Below are positions 1 to 10,065 of a stretch of DNA of 64,000 bases, in pieces. Positions within the stretch are counted from its first letter, which is position 1. Each line of letters starts with the position of its first letter. Source of the stretch: Angelakisella sp. (lineage in GTDB: Bacteria > Bacillota > Clostridia > Oscillospirales > Ruminococcaceae); NCBI GenBank assembly GCA_022794295.1, contig JAAWEO010000001.1, forward strand, positions 6,969 through 70,968, read 5' to 3'. Position numbers and translations under genes: made by a program. The notes beneath the pieces are model-generated. The model did not search any database. It had not been told where the DNA came from and worked only from the letters and a program-made list of their open reading frames with translations.

Positions 1-1065
1 GCATCCCAAAAGGCCCACAATGCCCTGCGGTGGCTAATAGCCAATCAGGGGGTCTCCTTTGGCGGGCGGACCTTCCTTTGCTGGAATCCCCAGGGGATAC
101 AGCCCCCGCCGGTCACCGGCTTTATGAACAGAGGCAGCGCCCGGCAGAGGGCGGCAAGCCCCACCCAATACCGCAAGCAGCTGAAAGAGGCCCTTTCCGG
201 CTGGAAAGAACGGCTTTCCAACATCTCTGCCAAGTCCGGGGTGGTCATTGCCGCCTTTGACGCAGCCACCACCGGACGCCTGGCGGTGGCCTACTACAAC
301 GAGCTGAGGGCCTCCGATTACCTCGACCGCCTTTACCACTGGGAAAATACCTGCTGCTGGGAGGGCAGGTCCCGGGATGACGGGTGGTGTCCCTCCTTGT
401 ATAGCTTGGTGAACTGGTCCTTTGGCACCCTTCGGAACGGAAGGCCGGAGACGGACGAGCGAATCCTGGGGCAGCAGTTCCAACGGCTGGTGGCCTGCCG
501 GGTAGACTGTGCCCCCTTTCCCCTGGATATGAAGCGTGCCCTGGTGGAGCGGGCCTCCAGCCTGCAGAGCTGCAAGGGCCGGAGCCCGGAGGATACCGGG
601 AAGCTGCGAAGTGAGCTCCTGTTTACAGCCTGTGCGGCGATTCGGAAATATTACATCGACTATAAAAAGGAGGAGTGGGATATGGCATTAGACAAGGACT
701 GCACCGACCGCAGCTATCTGTTTGGGCGTCTGTTAGCCATTGCAGACGGGGTGGAGCGCAGCACCTACAAAAAAGGGGAGGAACGGGAGACTAACGCCCT
801 GCGGATGCAAAAGGCCTTTTCGCTTCGGCCCTTGTCCACCTGGCGGATCCTGGTGGAAAAGCTGGGCCCCTACTACCGTCAGCTGAAGCGCACCAGTCCC
901 GGCCTGGAGCAGTACTTCTGCAAATTGACCCAGGAGATCACAGACAGGCTGCCGGCTTCCGGGAATGGCCTGAACCAAAAGCTGGAGGACATTTATCTGC
1001 TGGGCTATTACCACCAGCGGGCCTACCGCGCCGAAAAGGAGGACCCGGAGGAACTGGAGGAATAA
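1..1065 (+). CDS. cas8c: Type I-C Cas8c/Csd1, 5'-truncated by the window edge
   Basis: Frame 1 is open from base 1 (SQKAHNALRWL); contains TTGRLAVAYY, DRSYLFGRLLA and YLLGYYHQ motifs; sits before cas7. Confidence 0.92.
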   Translation, partial: ASQKAHNALRWLIANQGVSFGGRTFLCWNPQGIQPPPVTGFMNRGSARQRAASPTQYRKQLKEALSGWKERLSNISAKSGVVIAAFDAATTGRLAVAYYNELRASDYLDRLYHWENTCCWEGRSRDDGWCPSLYSLVNWSFGTLRNGRPETDERILGQQFQRLVACRVDCAPFPLDMKRALVERASSLQSCKGRSPEDTGKLRSELLFTACAAIRKYYIDYKKEEWDMALDKDCTDRSYLFGRLLAIADGVERSTYKKGEERETNALRMQKAFSLRPLSTWRILVEKLGPYYRQLKRTSPGLEQYFCKLTQEITDRLPASGNGLNQKLEDIYLLGYYHQRAYRAEKEDPEELEE

Positions 1066-1183
1066 GAGCAGGTTCAGCTCCCCGGTCCACCGCCGGGCTC
1101 CGGGTACTGCTTTTGCTGAATCCCCCGATCCCTAAAGAATCTGTAAATCAAAAGAAAGCTTTCTATACAAGGAGGAAAAGTTT

Positions 1184-2035
1184 GTGGGAATTTTACAGAA
1201 CAAAATTGATTTTGTGGCCTTTGTGGCTGTCACAATGGCAAATCCCAACGGAGATCCCCTTAACGGCAACAGCCCCCGTGTCGATTATGCCGGTCTGGGG
1301 GAGATCAGCGACGTGTGCATCAAGCGGAAGCTCCGCAACCGGATGCAGGACCTGGGCCAGGCGGTTTTTGTTCAGTCCGCCGACCGCTGCGATGACGGGT
1401 GCGGCAGCCTGAGCGAACGGGCCTCCGCCGCCCTGGGAAAGGCCAAGGACCAAAAGGACTCGGAGGCCTACGCCCAAAAGGCCTGTGAAACCTGGCTGGA
1501 TGTGCGCTCCTTTGGGCAGGTGTTCGCCTTTAAGGATACCAAGGGGGTCTCCATCGGCGTCAGGGGACCGGTCTCGGTTCACCAAGGGGTGAGTGTTTCC
1601 CCGGTGCAGGTGGAGGATATGCAGATCACCAAAAGCGTAAACGGAGAAAGCGGGGAGAAGGCCCGGACCTCTGACACCATGGGGATGAAGCATTTTGTCC
1701 GCTTCGGCCTTTACAAGATCAAGGGCTCCATCAACGTCCAGCTGGCGGAAAAGACCGGCTTTACCGAGGAGGACGCCCAGGTGCTGAAGGAGTGCCTGCG
1801 CACCCTATTTGTCAACGACGCTTCCTCCGCCCGCCCGGATGGCTCCATGGAGGTATGCAGGCTCTACTGGTTCCGGCACAGCTGCAAGGACGGCCAGTAT
1901 TCCTCCGCTGTGGTCCACCGTTCCGTTCGCGCAGAGCTGAAGGACCCCGATGCCTTTCCCTCCAGCCAGGAGGACTATAAGATGATTTTGGAGCCCCTGG
2001 AAGGGCTGGAACCGGAGATCTTAGATGGAGTATAG
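1184..2035 (+). CDS. cas7: Type I-C Cas7/Csd2
   Basis: ANPNGDPLNGNSPR, SDVCIKRKLRN, DVRSFGQVFA, SDTMGMKH and DASSARP motifs; AAGGAGG RBS. Confidence 0.96.
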   Translation: MGILQNKIDFVAFVAVTMANPNGDPLNGNSPRVDYAGLGEISDVCIKRKLRNRMQDLGQAVFVQSADRCDDGCGSLSERASAALGKAKDQKDSEAYAQKACETWLDVRSFGQVFAFKDTKGVSIGVRGPVSVHQGVSVSPVQVEDMQITKSVNGESGEKARTSDTMGMKHFVRFGLYKIKGSINVQLAEKTGFTEEDAQVLKECLRTLFVNDASSARPDGSMEVCRLYWFRHSCKDGQYSSAVVHRSVRAELKDPDAFPSSQEDYKMILEPLEGLEPEILDGV

Positions 2036-2687
2036 GGAGGAGGACTGGCTCCAGCTTTCCGGTTTGCAGCACTTTGCCTTTTGCCGGCGCCAGTGGGCCC
2101 TGATCCACATGGAAAGCCAGTGGGCGGAAAATTTTCGCACAGTGGATGGGCAGCTTATGCACCAGCATGTCCACGATCAGCAGGCCCGGGAAAGCCGGGG
2201 CAGCCTGCTGATCGTCCGGGGACTGGCGGTCCATTCCGCCCGGCTGGGGATCTCCGGACAGTGCGACGCAGTGGAATTTCACCGTGTTCCGGAGGGAATT
2301 CCCCTGGAGGGCAGGGAAGGGCTCTGGCTCCCCTACCCGGTGGAATACAAACGGGGAAAGCCCAAGGAGTACCAGGCCGACGAGTGGCAGCTTTGCGCCC
2401 AGGCCATCTGCCTGGAGGAGATGCTTTGCTGTAGGATCGCAGAAGGGGCCCTGTACTACGGCGAGCCCCACCGCCGGACAGTCGTCTCCTTTTCTCCGGA
2501 GCTTCGGGAACAGACAGAGGCCGCCCTGGAGGAGATGCACCGGCTATTCCAAAGAAAGCACACCCCCAGGGTGAAGCGCACAAAGGGCTGTAACGCCTGT
2601 TCCCTGAAGGATCTGTGTCTGCCGGGTCTTGGGAACCGGGGTGGGGTTTCAGAGTATCTGGACCAGGCAGTGGAGGAACTGGAATGA
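2025..2687 (+). CDS. cas4: Cas4 nuclease
   Basis: SGLQHFAFCRRQW, PVEYKRG, QLCAQAICLEEM and the CxxCSLKDLC Fe-S cysteines. Confidence 0.96.
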   Translation: MEYREEDWLQLSGLQHFAFCRRQWALIHMESQWAENFRTVDGQLMHQHVHDQQARESRGSLLIVRGLAVHSARLGISGQCDAVEFHRVPEGIPLEGREGLWLPYPVEYKRGKPKEYQADEWQLCAQAICLEEMLCCRIAEGALYYGEPHRRTVVSFSPELREQTEAALEEMHRLFQRKHTPRVKRTKGCNACSLKDLCLPGLGNRGGVSEYLDQAVEELE

Positions 2688-3715
2688 AACAGCTGTTGAA
2701 CACCCTTTACATCCTTTCGGAGGATATTTATCTCTCCCTGGACGGGGAAAATGTAGTGGCCAACCGGGGCAGAGAGGAGGCGGCCCGATACCCCCTGCAT
2801 ACGCTGCAAAACATTGTCACCTTTTCCTATGGGGGAGCGTCCCCGGCATTAATGGGGGTCTGTGCCCAGCGCCAGATCGGGTTTGCATTTTTTACCCCCA
2901 GGGGGAGATTTCTGGCCCGGGTGACCGGGGAGGGTGGCGGCAATGTACTGCTTCGCCGGATCCAGTACCGGGCAGCAGACGATCCCCTCCAGTGTTGCGA
3001 GATCAGCCGCACCATGATTTTCGGAAAGCTTTACAATGCCCGGTGGAGCATGGAACGCACCCGCCGGGATCACGGCCTGCGTCTGGATGGGGAGCAGCTT
3101 ACTGCCGCCTCCCGGCAGATTCAGGACCTTCTTCCCCAGGTCCGGCAGGCCTCCTCTCCGGAGGAGCTGCGGGGCCTGGAGGGAGTGGGGGCGAGCACCT
3201 ACTTTAGGGTTCTGGACCAGATGATCCTGGGGGATAAGGAGACCTTTTTCTTTCACGGCCGCAGCAGGCGTCCTCCCATGGACGCTGTAAATGCCCTGCT
3301 CTCCTTTGCTTACAGTCTGCTGGCACACGACTGTGCCTCCGCCCTGGAGGGGGTAGGGCTGGATTCTTATGTAGGGTTTCTCCACCGCGACCGGCCCGGG
3401 CGGACCTCCCTCGCTCTGGATCTGATGGAGGAGCTGCGCCCCTGTATGGCGGACCGCTTTGTATTGACACTGATCAACAACCGGATGGTCCGGCGGGAGG
3501 ATTTTCTTTCTATGGAAAGCGGAGCAGTGCTGCTGACCGAGGAAGGGCGGCGGGCCTTTTTAAAAGGCTGGCAGGAGAAGAAAAAGGAGAAGCTGACCCA
3601 TCCATACCTGGGGGAAAAGCTCACATGGGGGATGATCCCCCACATTCAGGCATTGCTGCTGGCGCGGTATTTGCGGGGGGACCTTGACGCCTACCCACCC
3701 TTTTTATGGAAGTGA
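2684..3715 (+). CDS. cas1: Type I-C Cas1
   Basis: MKQLLNTLY start overlaps the cas4 stop (ATGA); LRGLEG, NALLSFAY and SLALDLMEELR motifs. Confidence 0.97.
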   Translation: MKQLLNTLYILSEDIYLSLDGENVVANRGREEAARYPLHTLQNIVTFSYGGASPALMGVCAQRQIGFAFFTPRGRFLARVTGEGGGNVLLRRIQYRAADDPLQCCEISRTMIFGKLYNARWSMERTRRDHGLRLDGEQLTAASRQIQDLLPQVRQASSPEELRGLEGVGASTYFRVLDQMILGDKETFFFHGRSRRPPMDAVNALLSFAYSLLAHDCASALEGVGLDSYVGFLHRDRPGRTSLALDLMEELRPCMADRFVLTLINNRMVRREDFLSMESGAVLLTEEGRRAFLKGWQEKKKEKLTHPYLGEKLTWGMIPHIQALLLARYLRGDLDAYPPFLWK

Positions 3716-3719
3716 TGGT

Positions 3720-4010
3720 ATGCTTGTTTTAATCACCTACGATGTCAACACAGAGGATGCGGCCGGGCGCAAGCGTCTGCGTCAGATTGCAAAGCAATGT
3801 ATCAACTATGGCCAGCGGGTACAGAACTCCGTTTTTGAATGTTTGTTGGATACAGCTCAGTGCCGCAGCCTGCAAGCCAAGCTATGCAGGCTTATGGACC
3901 CGGAAAAGGACAGCCTGCGATTTTACTACCTGGGAGACCGGTACGAAAAGAAGATCGAACACTTTGGGGCAAAGGCCGCATATTCCCCGGAAGATGTTCT
4001 GCTTTTGTAG
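3720..4010 (+). CDS. cas2: Cas2
   Basis: MLVLITYDV...YGQRVQNSVFEC...DSLRFY. Confidence 0.96.
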   Translation: MLVLITYDVNTEDAAGRKRLRQIAKQCINYGQRVQNSVFECLLDTAQCRSLQAKLCRLMDPEKDSLRFYYLGDRYEKKIEHFGAKAAYSPEDVLLL

Positions 4011-4178
4011 GTGCGAAGCCCAAGCAAACAGAAAAACCCGGCAGCTTCGCACCGAATCACGGGAGTTTTTAAGGGCGCCAAGGGTGAAAGAGGCGTTCAG
4101 AGGAGAAGAAAAGGAGGCGGAGTTGACGAACGGCATATATTTGCGCATTAAAAATGAGAATTTATAGTTATTTTTGCT
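4011..4178 (+). promoter_or_regulatory. CRISPR leader
   Basis: Between cas2 and the first repeat; GTGCGAAGC...GCTTCGCAC inverted repeat; AT-rich proximal end. Confidence 0.75.
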
Positions 4179-6453
4179 GTCGCCCTTTGTGTGGGGGCGA
4201 GGATTGAAATGGCTATATTGGCATCCTCTGGTTTGAAGAGCTTGAGTCGCCCTTTGTGTGGGGGCGAGGATTGAAATTCCTTAACGAAAAGGTGAAGATC
4301 AACCACCCGAGTCGCCCTTTGTGTGGGGGCGAGGATTGAAATATCCCCACTGCCTGGGCCGCCAGTGCCAGCTGAGTCGCCCTTTGTGTGGGGGCGAGGA
4401 TTGAAATTCTTCCCGATGGGTGAGTTTCGCCCGGTCTGTGTAGTCGCCCTTTGTGTGGGGGCGAGGATTGAAATACCCTGACCAACTTAATGGGAGGACT
4501 GCTTACCAGTCGCCCTTTGTGTGGGGGCGAGGATTGAAATTGGACAGTAGACAATGCCGCAGCATATCCCATGCGTCGCCCTTTGTGTGGGGGCGAGGAT
4601 TGAAATGTCGACATTTTCGTTTCCAGTCGAGGTGCCATCCCGTCGCCCTTTGTGTGGGGGCGAGGATTGAAATGCCGGAAGCGGAAAACGTCTATGCAGA
4701 ATTTGCGTCGCCCTTTGTGTGGGGGCGAGGATTGAAATTGGGTACACCTCCGCCCACGCCTCTCCCCCAAAGGTCGCCCTTTGTGTGGGGGCGAGGATTG
4801 AAATTGGACAGTAGACAATGCCGCAGCATATCCCATGGTCGCCCTTTGTGTGGGGGCGAGGATTGAAATATGATTTTAAGTCCGACGATGTCTTTTTGCT
4901 TGAGTCGCCCTTTGTGTGGGGGCGAGGATTGAAATACTGTGGAGATTGGACGTAGCGCCAGCGGGCGGGTCGCCCTTTGTGTGGGGGCGAGGATTGAAAT
5001 GACTGGACTCCCAGATTTATGAGAGGACACGTATGTCGCCCTTTGTGTGGGGGCGAGGATTGAAATTAATAGCCAGCAACCGGAGACGCCCAGCGTCGAT
5101 GAGTCGCCCTTTGTGTGGGGGCGAGGATTGAAATCGTGAAATCATTAACGTACCGATCCACCCAATGCGTCGCCCTTTGTGTGGGGGCGAGGATTGAAAT
5201 CCCCATTGCTGCTCGTCCATGTGCAGCGCTGGGAAGTCGCCCTTTGTGTGGGGGCGAGGATTGAAATGACAATGGCCGGATACTGACAGCGGAGCGAGTG
5301 GGTCGCCCTTTGTGTGGGGGCGAGGATTGAAATAGCTGTGCACCGGTTGATTCCATGCCGTGACGCGTCGCCCTTTGTGTGGGGGCGAGGATTGAAATCT
5401 ATGGTAATAGGGATTGGATTATCTGTGATAGGTCGCCCTTTGTGTGGGGGCGAGGATTGAAATGAGTGACATCTTACAATAATCGTGTGTACTCGAGTCG
5501 CCCTTTGTGTGGGGGCGAGGATTGAAATTCTGGCGGGATCCGCTTGGTCAGGTCGAACAGGTGTCGCCCTTTGTGTGGGGGCGAGGATTGAAATGCAAGA
5601 GCCGGCTGTGTAGCTACCACCCGGAGGGTCGCCCTTTGTGTGGGGGCGAGGATTGAAATATAACAAAGATGGGGATCTTGGACATACTGTCACGTCGCCC
5701 TTTGTGTGGGGGCGAGGATTGAAATTTCGGCCTGCTCCGCTGTCACAGGATACTCCTCCCGTCGCCCTTTGTGTGGGGGCGAGGATTGAAATGTTCTGAC
5801 GGAAGGAACAGAATACCTTGGTCTGGTCGCCCTTTGTGTGGGGGCGAGGATTGAAATTGATCATGTGCACTCTTTACAGTCTGGGGATTTTGGTCGCCCT
5901 TTGTGTGGGGGCGAGGATTGAAATCTCTCTCCTTAGTATGGGGATAAGTGACGCCCAGAGTCGCCCTTTGTGTGGGGGCGAGGATTGAAATATAGGCGCA
6001 AAATACGGCAATCGCCGCAAGTATGTCGCCCTTTGTGTGGGGGCGAGGATTGAAATTTTGCGAGGACCAACCTCTGCGCGGAATTTCTCCGGTCGCCCTT
6101 TGTGTGGGGGCGAGGATTGAAATGCATATCTTGTGGCCATCGCTGGCGTAAACATAGTCGCCCTTTGTGTGGGGGCGAGGATTGAAATTTGCAGGTTGGA
6201 AGCGTGGTCATTCCGGCCCTGGTCGCCCTTTGTGTGGGGGCGAGGATTGAAATTCTGTCCTGGCGGTGGGGGTAGCTATTGGGCTGTAGTCGCCCTTTGT
6301 GTGGGGGCGAGGATTGAAATATCACGCTGGAGGAGGCAGCGGCTTTTGAGGGCGTGTCGCCCTCTGCATGTGGGCGAGGATTGAAATTGGCTCAAGCCTA
6401 ACCTGATGCAACTCCATAGTAGTCGCCCTTTGCATATGGTCGAGAATTGAAAT
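4179..6453 (+). CRISPR. Type I-C array, 35 repeats and 34 spacers (33-36 nt)
   Basis: 32-bp repeat GTCGCCCTTTGTGTGGGGGCGAGGATTGAAAT counted by hand; last two repeats (6356-6387, 6422-6453) are degenerate. Confidence 0.98.
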
Positions 6454-6511
6454 CGAACAACAGTATAATGTATAGTGTGTCACAGAAACAGAAAAAGAAA
6501 GCGGGTGCAAT

Positions 6512-7315
6512 ATGAAAATAAAATCGATATTTTACGCCTTTACATTGTTCTCATTGCTGTTCCTGGTGATAGGATGCAGTATGGGGGAGCAGTTGGCAGA
6601 ATGGGCCCCGGGAAAGCTGGAAGAACTCGGCAGCGGTGTCGAAAAAGCTCTTGATGATCTTCACAATGGGGAGCATAAAGGCGGCCCGTTTGAGAACGAT
6701 CTGGAGTCTGCGCGGGCATATTTGCTGACACAGCTGCAAGAAAAGTATGGGCTACAATTTGCTGTTGTCGGGAATGAAAACCTGGAAAATTATGGGCCGC
6801 TGGCCGGAGCCACCTATACCTGCGATGCTGCACCGGTAAGTGCGCCGGAGCAGGTGACAACGGCCCTTGTATCCCAGACGATGTATCAGGATGTTCGGGA
6901 CGGTTACGCCGTGTATTTCTTCAAGGAAGAGGCAGAGGAGCCTGTTTTGACGCTTTGCGAAAGTAAAGCTTATGTGATCGGTCAAAACATTTCTTTAGAG
7001 ATGCCCGAAACTGCATATACATGGACTGCCGGTGATGGCCTGGAAAAGTTTCTTTCAGAGAGCGGTGCGTATGTTAGGCTTACGCTCTATCTTGAAAATG
7101 ATTTAGATACCAAGACTTATGCAGAACAGATATTAGATTTTCTTAGTAGTATAGATCAGCTTGACTGTAACCTGGTTGTTCAGCCGAGAGCGAATGACAC
7201 TTATATTTTCTTTACCGAGGCCCAAATTCTGGACGGATTTGATGCTGACAATTATACACTGGAAGAAATTGAAAAGATGGTAAAGCGCCGCCTTAAAACA
7301 GGCGACCCGAAATAG
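6512..7315 (+). CDS. Hypothetical lipoprotein
   Basis: Basic N-terminus, hydrophobic stretch and lipobox-like LVIGC; acidic mature part. Confidence 0.7.
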   Translation: MKIKSIFYAFTLFSLLFLVIGCSMGEQLAEWAPGKLEELGSGVEKALDDLHNGEHKGGPFENDLESARAYLLTQLQEKYGLQFAVVGNENLENYGPLAGATYTCDAAPVSAPEQVTTALVSQTMYQDVRDGYAVYFFKEEAEEPVLTLCESKAYVIGQNISLEMPETAYTWTAGDGLEKFLSESGAYVRLTLYLENDLDTKTYAEQILDFLSSIDQLDCNLVVQPRANDTYIFFTEAQILDGFDADNYTLEEIEKMVKRRLKTGDPK

Positions 7316-7393
7316 TACCGGCTTTCCTGTGTAGAAGCTGCAAAATTGGCTGATACAAATGAAAGAAGGAAGATTGCTATTTCGGAATAGAAC

Positions 7394-7422
7394 TTGAACG
7401 CTGGTTTGCTTTGTGCTATACT
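7394..7422 (+). promoter_or_regulatory. sigmaA-type promoter
   Basis: TTGAAC-N17-TATACT with an extended -10 TG. Confidence 0.55.
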
Positions 7423-7471
7423 TTACAGAAACGATCCGACAAATGGGAAGCGATATGGGAGGTGCTGTTAA

Positions 7472-8038
7472 ATGGATTTTATTAAAATGCTCCGTGAAGA
7501 TCATGACCTGTCAGATTTGCTGTGTGATGTTTGTGATATAGAAATTCTTCCGGAATTTACGGCACCCCAGGACGAAGGCGGACACCTGACTTATAATATC
7601 TCTGGGAAAACATTTGCCAAAGCAGGGAGTGGAAGCGAATACATTTTGCTGGAGGATGGTTCGATCGGTTTTTGGGGAAGCGAAGGGGCGTGCGGAAGAA
7701 TTGCGGATGATCTAAAAGAGTTCTTTGAATTTATGGTAAATTGCCCCTATTGGTTGGATTATTTAGAGGAAGATGAATATAGGGACAAGGATGACCTTAG
7801 TGAGTTTGCAAAGGAGATCTTTAAAGAACATGCAGAAAACGCCAGAGACATTGATCTTGACTTGCCGGAAGCGCAGCAGGAATTAGCAGCCCGTTTGGGA
7901 ATCGAAAAGAAAGAGGATGCTGCAGATATCTTGCTGCGGTTTTACCATTGCACAACACGTGAGCCTCGCTTTCTTTCAACCTATACAGAGGATGATGGCA
8001 GCGCACACAGCGGCACAGGTTCGTTATTTGATCGATAA
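7472..8038 (+). CDS. Acidic hypothetical protein, possibly SMI1/KNR4 (SUKH)-like immunity protein
   Basis: GGAGG RBS; the FAKAGSGSEYILLEDGSIGFWGSEG...IADDLKEFF segment resembles SUKH-like proteins (recalled, unverified). Confidence 0.55.
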   Translation: MDFIKMLREDHDLSDLLCDVCDIEILPEFTAPQDEGGHLTYNISGKTFAKAGSGSEYILLEDGSIGFWGSEGACGRIADDLKEFFEFMVNCPYWLDYLEEDEYRDKDDLSEFAKEIFKEHAENARDIDLDLPEAQQELAARLGIEKKEDAADILLRFYHCTTREPRFLSTYTEDDGSAHSGTGSLFDR

Positions 8039-8051
8039 AGGCTTTTCTTTC

Positions 8052-8203
8052 TGTGGGCGAGGATTGAAATTCACGAAATATCAACCGGAAATGCCGGGGT
8101 CGATGTCGCCCTTCGTGTATGGGCGAGGATTGAAATAGCCCGGAAGGGTCGTGCCATTCGTCCAACTTGTGGTCGCCCTTTGTGTATGGGCGAGGATTGA
8201 AAT
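8052..8203 (+). CRISPR. Remnant mini-array: one 5'-truncated repeat, two variant repeats, two spacers
   Basis: TGTGGGCGAGGATTGAAAT (8052-8070), GTCGCCCTTCGTGTATGGGCGAGGATTGAAAT (8105-8136), GTCGCCCTTTGTGTATGGGCGAGGATTGAAAT (8172-8203); spacers of 34 and 35 nt. Confidence 0.92.
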
Positions 8204-8424
8204 AGATTGTGGATTTTCTCCCACTGCTCATATCCCCGCCGTATTTTCCAGGGCGGCCAAGATCAGCACCCTATACCCTGAAAACCAGCCGGCAGCTTGC
8301 AGACAAAAATGCAGGTGTCGGCTTTTCCTATGGAAGTAGAGGTGTTTCAATTTTTTTGACAGGCCAGTCTGAAAAACACTGCCGGAAAACCCTCTGTCCG
8401 CCTATTATTCCCAGGCGTTCTTTC

Positions 8425-8470
8425 TTGACATCGGAGGCGGTGCAGGGTATAATGGTCAAAACAAATGTTC
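8425..8470 (+). promoter_or_regulatory. Consensus sigmaA promoter with a downstream LexA (Cheo) box
   Basis: TTGACA(8425)-N17-TATAAT(8448); AAAC-aaat-GTTC at 8459-8470 matches GAAC-N4-GTTC with 1 mismatch. Confidence 0.8.
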
Positions 8471-8559
8471 ACGACCGGTTCTGTCACAGCTTTACCATGT
8501 TAACTCCTGCTGTGCCAGTTCCCGGGTCTTGCTTTGAGAATTGTTTGATGGGGGAAACC

Positions 8560-10065
8560 GTGAAAGGAAACGTTTATATCGCCATCGATTTAAAATCCTT
8601 TTACAGCTCCGTGGAATGTATGGAACGGGGGCTGGATCCCTTGACCACAAACCTGGTGGTAGCGGATCAAAGCCGGACCGAAAAGACCATTTGCCTGGCA
8701 GTAACCCCCGCCTTGAAAAGCTATGGCATTCCCGGCAGGGCGCGGCTGTTTGAGGTGGTCCAGAGGGTAAAAGAAATTAACTGGCAAAGGCAAAAGAGTG
8801 TGCCAGGACAGGTGCTTGTTGGCAGCTCCTTCGATGCCGGTGAGCTAACGGCGTCCCCGGAATTGGCCCTGGATTACATTGTAGCCCCGCCCCGAATGGC
8901 CCTCTATCTGGAATACAGCACCAGGGTCTATGAGGTCTACCTGAAGTACATTGCCCCGGAGGACATCATCTCCTACTCCATTGACGAAGTGCTGATGGAT
9001 GTGACCCACTATCTTGCTGCCTATAAGCTGTCCCCCCGCGGCCTGGCTATGAAAATGATGCTGGATGTGCTGGAGACCACCGGGGTCACCGCCACGGCAG
9101 GGATCGGGCCGAATCTGTACCTGGCCAAGATCGCCATGGATATCTGGGCCAAGCATATCCCGCCGGATAAAAACGGCGTCCGTATCGCCCAGCTGGACGA
9201 AATCAGCTACCGCCGCAATCTGTGGGACCACCAGCCCCTTACCGATTTCTGGCGGGTGGGCAAGGGCTATACAAAAAGGCTAAGGGAGCACGGAATGTTT
9301 ACCATGGGGGATATTGCCCGGCGCTCCCTTCAGGATGAGGACAGCCTGTACCGGCTTTTCGGTGTCAATGCAGAGCTTTTGATCGACCACGCCTGGGGGT
9401 GGGAGCCCTGCACCATTGCCGATGTGAAGGCCTACAGGCCGGATTCCAACAGCATCAGCTCCGGGCAGGTTTTGCAGTATCCCTACCCGGCGGAAAAGGC
9501 CCGGCTGGTGGTCCATGAAATGGCCGATGCTTTGGCCCTGGACCTGGTAGAAAAGCGGATGGTGACCGATCAACTGATACTGACCATTGGGTACGACATC
9601 GAAAATCTTACCGATCCGGAGCGAAGGAAGCGATACAAAGGTCCGGTCACAGTGGATCAATATGGCCGTTCCGTGCCCAAGCATACCCATGGGACAGAAA
9701 ATCTGAGAAAGTATTCTTCTTCCGGCAGGGAGATCGCCAAAGCCGTGCTTGCCCTGTTTGACCGGGTGGTGGATGGCAGCCTTCTTATCCGGCGGCTGAA
9801 CCTTACAGCGGCCCATGTGGTGGGAGAAAAGGAGATCCCGGAAAGCCCCTCGGTGGAGCAGATGGATCTGTTTACCAGCTATCCGGCCCAGGAAAAACAG
9901 GAGGAAAAGGAAGCGGCAGACCTGGAACGGGAGCGGCGGATGCAGGAGGCCATCCTGCGGATCAAAGGCAGGTACGGAAAAAATGCCATCCTCAAGGTGC
10001 ATTCGCTGGAGGATGGCGCAACAGCGAAGGAACGAAACGGAACGATTGGGGGGCACAAGGCATGA
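8560..10065 (+). CDS. Y-family DNA polymerase (UmuC/ImpB/UvrX-like), copy 1
   Basis: IDLKSFYSSVEC and YSIDEV catalytic motifs; QMDLF clamp motif; probable GTG start at 8560. Confidence 0.9.
   Translation: MKGNVYIAIDLKSFYSSVECMERGLDPLTTNLVVADQSRTEKTICLAVTPALKSYGIPGRARLFEVVQRVKEINWQRQKSVPGQVLVGSSFDAGELTASPELALDYIVAPPRMALYLEYSTRVYEVYLKYIAPEDIISYSIDEVLMDVTHYLAAYKLSPRGLAMKMMLDVLETTGVTATAGIGPNLYLAKIAMDIWAKHIPPDKNGVRIAQLDEISYRRNLWDHQPLTDFWRVGKGYTKRLREHGMFTMGDIARRSLQDEDSLYRLFGVNAELLIDHAWGWEPCTIADVKAYRPDSNSISSGQVLQYPYPAEKARLVVHEMADALALDLVEKRMVTDQLILTIGYDIENLTDPERRKRYKGPVTVDQYGRSVPKHTHGTENLRKYSSSGREIAKAVLALFDRVVDGSLLIRRLNLTAAHVVGEKEIPESPSVEQMDLFTSYPAQEKQEEKEAADLERERRMQEAILRIKGRYGKNAILKVHSLEDGATAKERNGTIGGHKA

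Noticed and set aside
5529-5562. Partial similarity of spacer 21 to the Y-polymerase near 19880
   Set aside because: Short and mismatched. No convincing self-targeting spacer was seen by eye, but a proper alignment was not run
4213-6510. Multiple ORFs on both strands over the CRISPR array
   Set aside because: Translations of the repeat (FQSSPPHKGR, ISILAPTQRAT); not genes
8137-8148. First 12 nt of a mini-array spacer (AGCCCGGAAGGG) match the minus strand near 16262-16273
   Set aside because: A 12-nt match is expected by chance across 36 spacers, there is no TTC PAM, and the rest does not match
8209-8559. Long N-terminal extension of Y-polymerase copy 1 in the ORF track
   Set aside because: It spans the promoter and LexA box; paralog alignment places the start near 8560
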